This document shows, piece after piece, positions 63,115-64,000 of a stretch of DNA of 64,000 bases. The stretch covers positions 47,988,001-48,052,000 of the forward strand of contig NC_043015.1 of NCBI RefSeq assembly GCF_006345805.1. The letters run 5' to 3'. Each line of letters starts with the position of its first letter. Position 1 is the stretch's first letter. Origin of the DNA: Octopus sinensis. Taxonomy: Eukaryota. The notes under the pieces are model-generated. The model made no database searches, was not told the origin of the DNA, and saw only the letters and a program-made list of their open reading frames with translations. Position numbers and translations under genes: made by a program.

Positions 63115-64000
63115 CCTGAAGATGATAACAACAATGATGATGAGGATTTTAGTTATTTGCTGTAAGGCCACCGGATGAAAAGAACCAAACTCCATTTATA
63201 GATGTATGCATATGATAATGTCAACTAACCTGAATGTTCAAACTGTATATAAAGCTGTAAAAATGATCCCATGACAAAGCCAAAACAAACAACATTCATC
63301 AGCTAGGTAGGTGTAGGTGTCCTATACTTTTGGTTGTTAATAATTTCAACAAACATAGTGAGATTTGAAGACAGGAAAAGATAGAGAAATGAGAGGCCGT
63401 CCAGTTATTAGGAGTGAAGTCATCTTTGACTTGATTCTGGTGAGGAGCTAACTAATGTATAAAGCCAGTTGTCCACACAAGCTGACCTATTTTGAAGAGC
63501 AGCAGGATATTGTTACATGTCAAATAGAATAACCTGGTTAGAGGATAGGCAATATAGCTTATTATAACAAGACAACAATCACCCTCTCCCATATACAAGC
63601 ACGAGAGGGAGGTAGGCTATCAGAAATTATTCTGTGACAGCAAATAGTTTCGGTTTGAACTGTTTTTTACCTGATTTATATTTTATCATAAATAAACTTT
63701 AAACAATGGGAACAGTCATTATATTTCTAGACAGAATCACTAGTAAATAAACGAAGTTTCAAATGAATGATAAATAAATAAATAAATAAATAAAACAAAA
63801 ACCAATAACAAAAAAGTCAAAACAAGGAATGTTTCTGAAAAAGTTAGTAAAGTTTTTCGAGTGATAGTTGCTTGGCAAGTCTCTTGATCTGAGATTGTCT
63901 GTCCAAGATGACACGATTACATCAAAGAATCAAGAGAGCTATTCATTTATATTCTGAAATTCACATTTTAGTTAGACTAGAAAATATTTTCTCACTAAAT

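Noticed and set aside
60746-64000. Candidate ATG-containing first exon of USP6NL
   Set aside because: Several donor-like sites but none convincingly gives an ATG in phase 1; probably very short or outside the window

Overview
AT-rich, repeat-dense eukaryotic DNA. The SINE families and microsatellite load point to an Octopus (cephalopod) genome; this is inferred from repeat recognition, not a database search. Two convergent spliced genes are present, and most of their exons are missing from the ORF track. (1) A minus-strand USP6NL/RN-tre Rab-GAP (TBC domain) gene has 12 phase-consistent GT-AG exons from 60743 down to the stop at 23531; its start-codon exon was not located. (2) The last four exons of a divergent TSNAXIP1-like gene lie on the plus strand (465-15535). 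Introns and the intergenic gap hold a ~7.2 kb 24-bp satellite, two arrays of a ~50-bp GC-rich minisatellite, four SINE families, Helitrons (including a head-to-tail CTAG|TC pair), Merlin-, pogo- and piggyBac-type MITEs, mariner and Tc1 relics, and RTE, RLE-type and Penelope retroelement fragments. The most striking signal is a set of at least five sequence-distinct minimal hammerhead-ribozyme motifs of Penelope type. They sit next to microsatellites, are often in inverted pairs, and mostly have palindromic stem III. They include non-canonical cores (a G3:C8 swap and a U6 variant) inside introns. All structures were read by eye; repeat boundaries are approximate.
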